A stretch of 62,374 nucleotides of DNA, the filler included. It is 6 parts of 6 records of this genome, joined end to end, with 100 filler letters (N's around TTAATTAATTAA, not from the genome) between each part and the next. Parts side by side here need not be neighbours in the genome. Positions count along the whole stretch, not along the records: positions 57,361 to 62,374 come from SRR20825010_4641; 5 more parts are not named here. One strand, 5' to 3'. The notes beneath the pieces were generated by a model. That model did no database searches and had not been told where the DNA came from. It was given only the letters and a program-made list of their open reading frames with translations. Below, one piece after another: positions 59,535-62,374 of this stretch. A program made the position numbers and the translations under genes. Position 1 is the first letter of the stretch, and the number at the start of each line of letters is the position of its first letter.

Positions 59535-61229
59535 ATGCATCCATTGGTCGTTCTGCTTCATCTGGCAGCTGCCGTGATGCTTTTGCTATGGGCCGTGCGC
59601 ATGGTGCGCACGGGGGTGGAACGTGCGTATGGACGCGCGCTCAAGGATGCACTGCGGAAGGCCAGAGGCGGGCATGCGCGCGCCGCTGTAGCGGGGTCCG
59701 TTCTGGCGGTCGTTCTGCAGAGTTCGACGGCGGTGGCTATCCTGGCGGCGGGATTTGCTGCAAGCGGCATACTGACAGTTTCGACAGGAATTACGATCCT
59801 CCTGGGCGCCGACCTCGGTTCGGCGCTGGTGGTGCAGGTTCTCTCCTTCGACCTTTCCTGGGCGATCCCGCTTGTCATGCTTGCGGGTGCAACGATGTTT
59901 CTCAAGTTCGAACGTCGTGAGATCCGCCAGGGCGGGCGCATCCTGCTGGGCATAGCCTTCATCCTACTTTCGCTGTCCATGATTGGCCAGTCGACCGCAC
60001 CGCTACGTGAAAGTGAGGTTCTGCCACAAATTATGGGCTACCTGCGGGATGACCCGATCACTGCGCTGGTTCTGGCAGCGATTTTGACCTGGTTCATTCA
60101 TTCTTCGGTGGCCGCGATCCTGCTTATCTCGGCATTTGCGGAGCAGGGCGTCTTGCCGGTCGAGGTTGCGCTGCCCATGGTTCTGGGCGCCAATATCGGC
60201 GGCGGGCTGATCGCTGTCTGGCTTACGTGCGGGTTGAGTGAAGATGCGCGACGCATTCCGCTTGGAAATTTGCTCTTTCGCGTCACGGCAGCGCTCGTGG
60301 CCCTGGCGGTTGTGGAACTGAGCTTTGTTCCCATGGATGCGCTGGGAATGGGTGAGGCGCGTCAGATCGTCAATTTCCACCTGGTGTTCAACGTTCTCCT
60401 GGTTCTGGTCTGCCTTCCATTCACAGGACTAGTGGAACGTCTGACGGAGCGCCTCATTGGCGATACGCCCAAGGTGGAGAAGGCGGGTGCGCTTCTCACC
60501 CGCCCGATGAGTGCACTCGATGAGGCGGTGATCGATACGCCTCGTCTGGCGCTGGCCAGCGCCACGCGCGAGCTTTTGCGCATGGGGGAGACAGTTGAGA
60601 CCATGTTCCGTCCAGTTATGGAACTACTCGATGATGGAGATAGCGATCAGGTGGCGCGCGTCACCCGGCTGGATGAAGAAGTCAACCGCGCGCACACTGA
60701 TATCAAGCTCTTTATTGCGAAGGTGAACCGGGCGCGGCTGACGGCGGAGGAAGCGCAGCGCGGCATCGAACTGACTGACTTCGCCATCAATCTCGAGCAC
60801 ATCGGAGACATCATCGCCAAGTCGCTACTGCCGCTGGCAGAGAAGAAAGCGCGTCGCAGGCTGCAGTTTTCCGAGGAAGGCTTCGCCGAGATGACGCGTC
60901 TGCATGAAAGAGTGCGGACCAATATGCAACTTGCGCTGAATGTGCTGGTGTCGGGTGATCTGGAAACGGCACGCCAGCTGGTCAGGGAGAAGGAGCAGAT
61001 GCGCCTTCTCGAGCGGGAAAGCCACAATTGCCACCTGATGCGGCTGCAGTCGGGAATGGTCGAAAGCATCGAGACCAGTGACATGCATCTTGAGGTCGTG
61101 CGGTCCCTAAAGGAGATCAACTCTCTTCTGGCGACCGCTGCCTATCCGATCTTGAGCGAAAGTGGCGAACTGCTCGAAAGCCGGCTTGCCCCACGCACTA
61201 GGGAACAAATCTCTAGAGTTCGTAGCTGA
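59535..61229 (+). CDS. Na/Pi cotransporter (NptA/YjbB family) with PhoU-like C-terminus
   Basis: LQSSTAV...LGADLGS and HSSVAA...LGANIG repeats; NLEHIGD; SIETSDMHLE. Confidence 0.92.
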   Translation: MHPLVVLLHLAAAVMLLLWAVRMVRTGVERAYGRALKDALRKARGGHARAAVAGSVLAVVLQSSTAVAILAAGFAASGILTVSTGITILLGADLGSALVVQVLSFDLSWAIPLVMLAGATMFLKFERREIRQGGRILLGIAFILLSLSMIGQSTAPLRESEVLPQIMGYLRDDPITALVLAAILTWFIHSSVAAILLISAFAEQGVLPVEVALPMVLGANIGGGLIAVWLTCGLSEDARRIPLGNLLFRVTAALVALAVVELSFVPMDALGMGEARQIVNFHLVFNVLLVLVCLPFTGLVERLTERLIGDTPKVEKAGALLTRPMSALDEAVIDTPRLALASATRELLRMGETVETMFRPVMELLDDGDSDQVARVTRLDEEVNRAHTDIKLFIAKVNRARLTAEEAQRGIELTDFAINLEHIGDIIAKSLLPLAEKKARRRLQFSEEGFAEMTRLHERVRTNMQLALNVLVSGDLETARQLVREKEQMRLLERESHNCHLMRLQSGMVESIETSDMHLEVVRSLKEINSLLATAAYPILSESGELLESRLAPRTREQISRVRS

Positions 61230-61401
61230 ACTTCTGGATGAGGTGCAATGGCGGGTTCTCTTCACCATCCGCTCAGCAGGAGCTTTGGCCAGCCGTTCCG
61301 GATAAGAGGATGTGGCTTCATCTTTGCTCCCGTGTCACCGGGCTGACACCCAAATCATCCTTTAACCTCTGCCATGAGCGCTGACGTCGGACAGATGCAA
61401 T

Positions 61402-62374
61402 TCACGATCCATGTAACAGGTTTCCCTCCTTGTCAAACAGGCACAGCCTTTCGGCAGGAAAGGCAACGCGCACAGGATCACCGATCGCGTGTTTCTGACC
61501 ATCCCAGTTGACGGAAACAACGGACAGTCTTCCGGTCGCACCGAGTGCGATGGTCAACTGGGTTTCAGGACCGCTTCGTTCAATGAATTTGACACAGCCT
61601 TCCAGTTGGGAAGGCCCGCTTCGACTTTGCAGAGAACAGTCTTCGGGTCGGATGCCCAGAAAGGCTGCGTGCAGATGTGTTTTCGCGTCTGCAGGTAAAT
61701 CAATTGCAAGCTTTGGCTCGGCGTTCGGCATGAAAACAGGACCCTGCTGCAATAGAGCGACCGTCCCTTCGATCACATTCATGGGAGGGGCGCCGATGAA
61801 GCTGGCCACGAATTTGTTTGCCGGCTTTCTGTAGATGTCATCCGGTGTGCCGATCTGTTCGACGCGCCCGTCGCGCAAGACCACAATTCTATCGGCCATG
61901 GTCATTGCTTCCACCTGATCATGGGTGACGAAGATCATCGTGGATCCCAGACGCCGGTGCAGAAGCTTGATCTCGCGGCGCATCTGCACGCGCAGCGCCG
62001 CGTCCAGATTGGATAGAGGCTCATCAAACAGGAAAACCGAAGGTCGACGTATGATGGCACGACCCATGGCGACACGCTGACGCTGGCCTCCCGAGAGCTG
62101 GCGCGGATAACGGTCCAGGAGACCGTCAAGGCCGAGAAGCTGCGCCACTTCGCTCACTCTGGGTGTTCGCTCCGCCCGTTGCACGCCGGTCATTTTCAGT
62201 GGAAAGCCGATATTGTCGGCCACACTCATATGCGGATAGAGCGCATAGTTTTGAAACACCATGGCCACGTTCCGATCCTTTGGCGGGAGGTCGGTGACCA
62301 CGGTTTCTCCGATCCGAATCTGGCCCCCGCTCACGCTTTCGAGCCCGGCCAGCATGCGCAGAAGCGTCGATTTT
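61402..62374 (-). CDS. CUT1 ABC ATPase, UgpC/MalK-like (5' end outside window)
   Basis: [59 protein letters not shown]. Confidence 0.93.
   Translation of the reverse strand, partial: KSTLLRMLAGLESVSGGQIRIGETVVTDLPPKDRNVAMVFQNYALYPHMSVADNIGFPLKMTGVQRAERTPRVSEVAQLLGLDGLLDRYPRQLSGGQRQRVAMGRAIIRRPSVFLFDEPLSNLDAALRVQMRREIKLLHRRLGSTMIFVTHDQVEAMTMADRIVVLRDGRVEQIGTPDDIYRKPANKFVASFIGAPPMNVIEGTVALLQQGPVFMPNAEPKLAIDLPADAKTHLHAAFLGIRPEDCSLQSRSGPSQLEGCVKFIERSGPETQLTIALGATGRLSVVSVNWDGQKHAIGDPVRVAFPAERLCLFDKEGNLLHGS

Noticed and set aside
59170..59561. Short ORFs (61-66 aa) in the permease to Na/Pi spacer
   Set aside because: No convincing RBS or recognisable motif, and they overlap one another on both strands.

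Overview
The window is not one locus. It is six contigs joined by artificial 100-nt linkers (N44-TTAATTAATTAA-N44) at 4651-4750, 9573-9672, 17117-17216, 46620-46719 and 57261-57360, so adjacency across a linker means nothing. Contig 1 (1-4650, GC-rich alphaproteobacterium): partial arginase (missed by the ORF track), exported cyclase-family protein, hemB, family III CoA-transferase, partial choline/betaine ABC permease. Contig 2 (4751-9572, alphaproteobacterium): aspS 3' end, PACE efflux pump, fasciclin, outer-membrane beta-barrel, sulfotransferase, orphan lipoprotein, nrdJ 3' end. Contig 3 (9673-17116): the conserved dusB-ntrBC-ntrYX-dat cluster. Contig 4 (17217-46619, gammaproteobacterium, Alcanivorax-like by inference): leuCD-lipoprotein-leuB-asd-usg-fimV-truA-trpFBA-accD-folC-dedD-cvpA-purF-metZ, MoxR-DUF58-transglutaminase, an UndA-like diiron fatty-acid decarboxylase, a hypothetical gene, hrpB, a Tat sulfatase with divergent LysR, acnB 3' end. 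Contig 5 (46720-57260, alphaproteobacterium): livG/livF-like ATPases, RES-Xre toxin-antitoxin, GFA, rsmD, rluB, tadA, cobB, a REP-type palindrome, SDR, DUF3429, DMT, GNAT, partial acetoacetyl-CoA synthetase. Contig 6 (57361-62374): Ugp-like ABC permeases, Na/Pi cotransporter, convergent ABC ATPase. I saw no rRNA, tRNA, CRISPR array or transposase. Most of the window is housekeeping, and I cannot demonstrate a new multi-gene system. The best leads are: the UndA-like alkene synthase with a convergent uncharacterised gene; a GNAT gene bracketed by 32-bp direct repeats carrying a PhaR-like box; heptamer-periodic inverted repeats in contig 4; and a 15-bp hairpin burying the ribosome-binding site of an orphan lipoprotein. 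All family calls are motif recognition from memory, not database searches.
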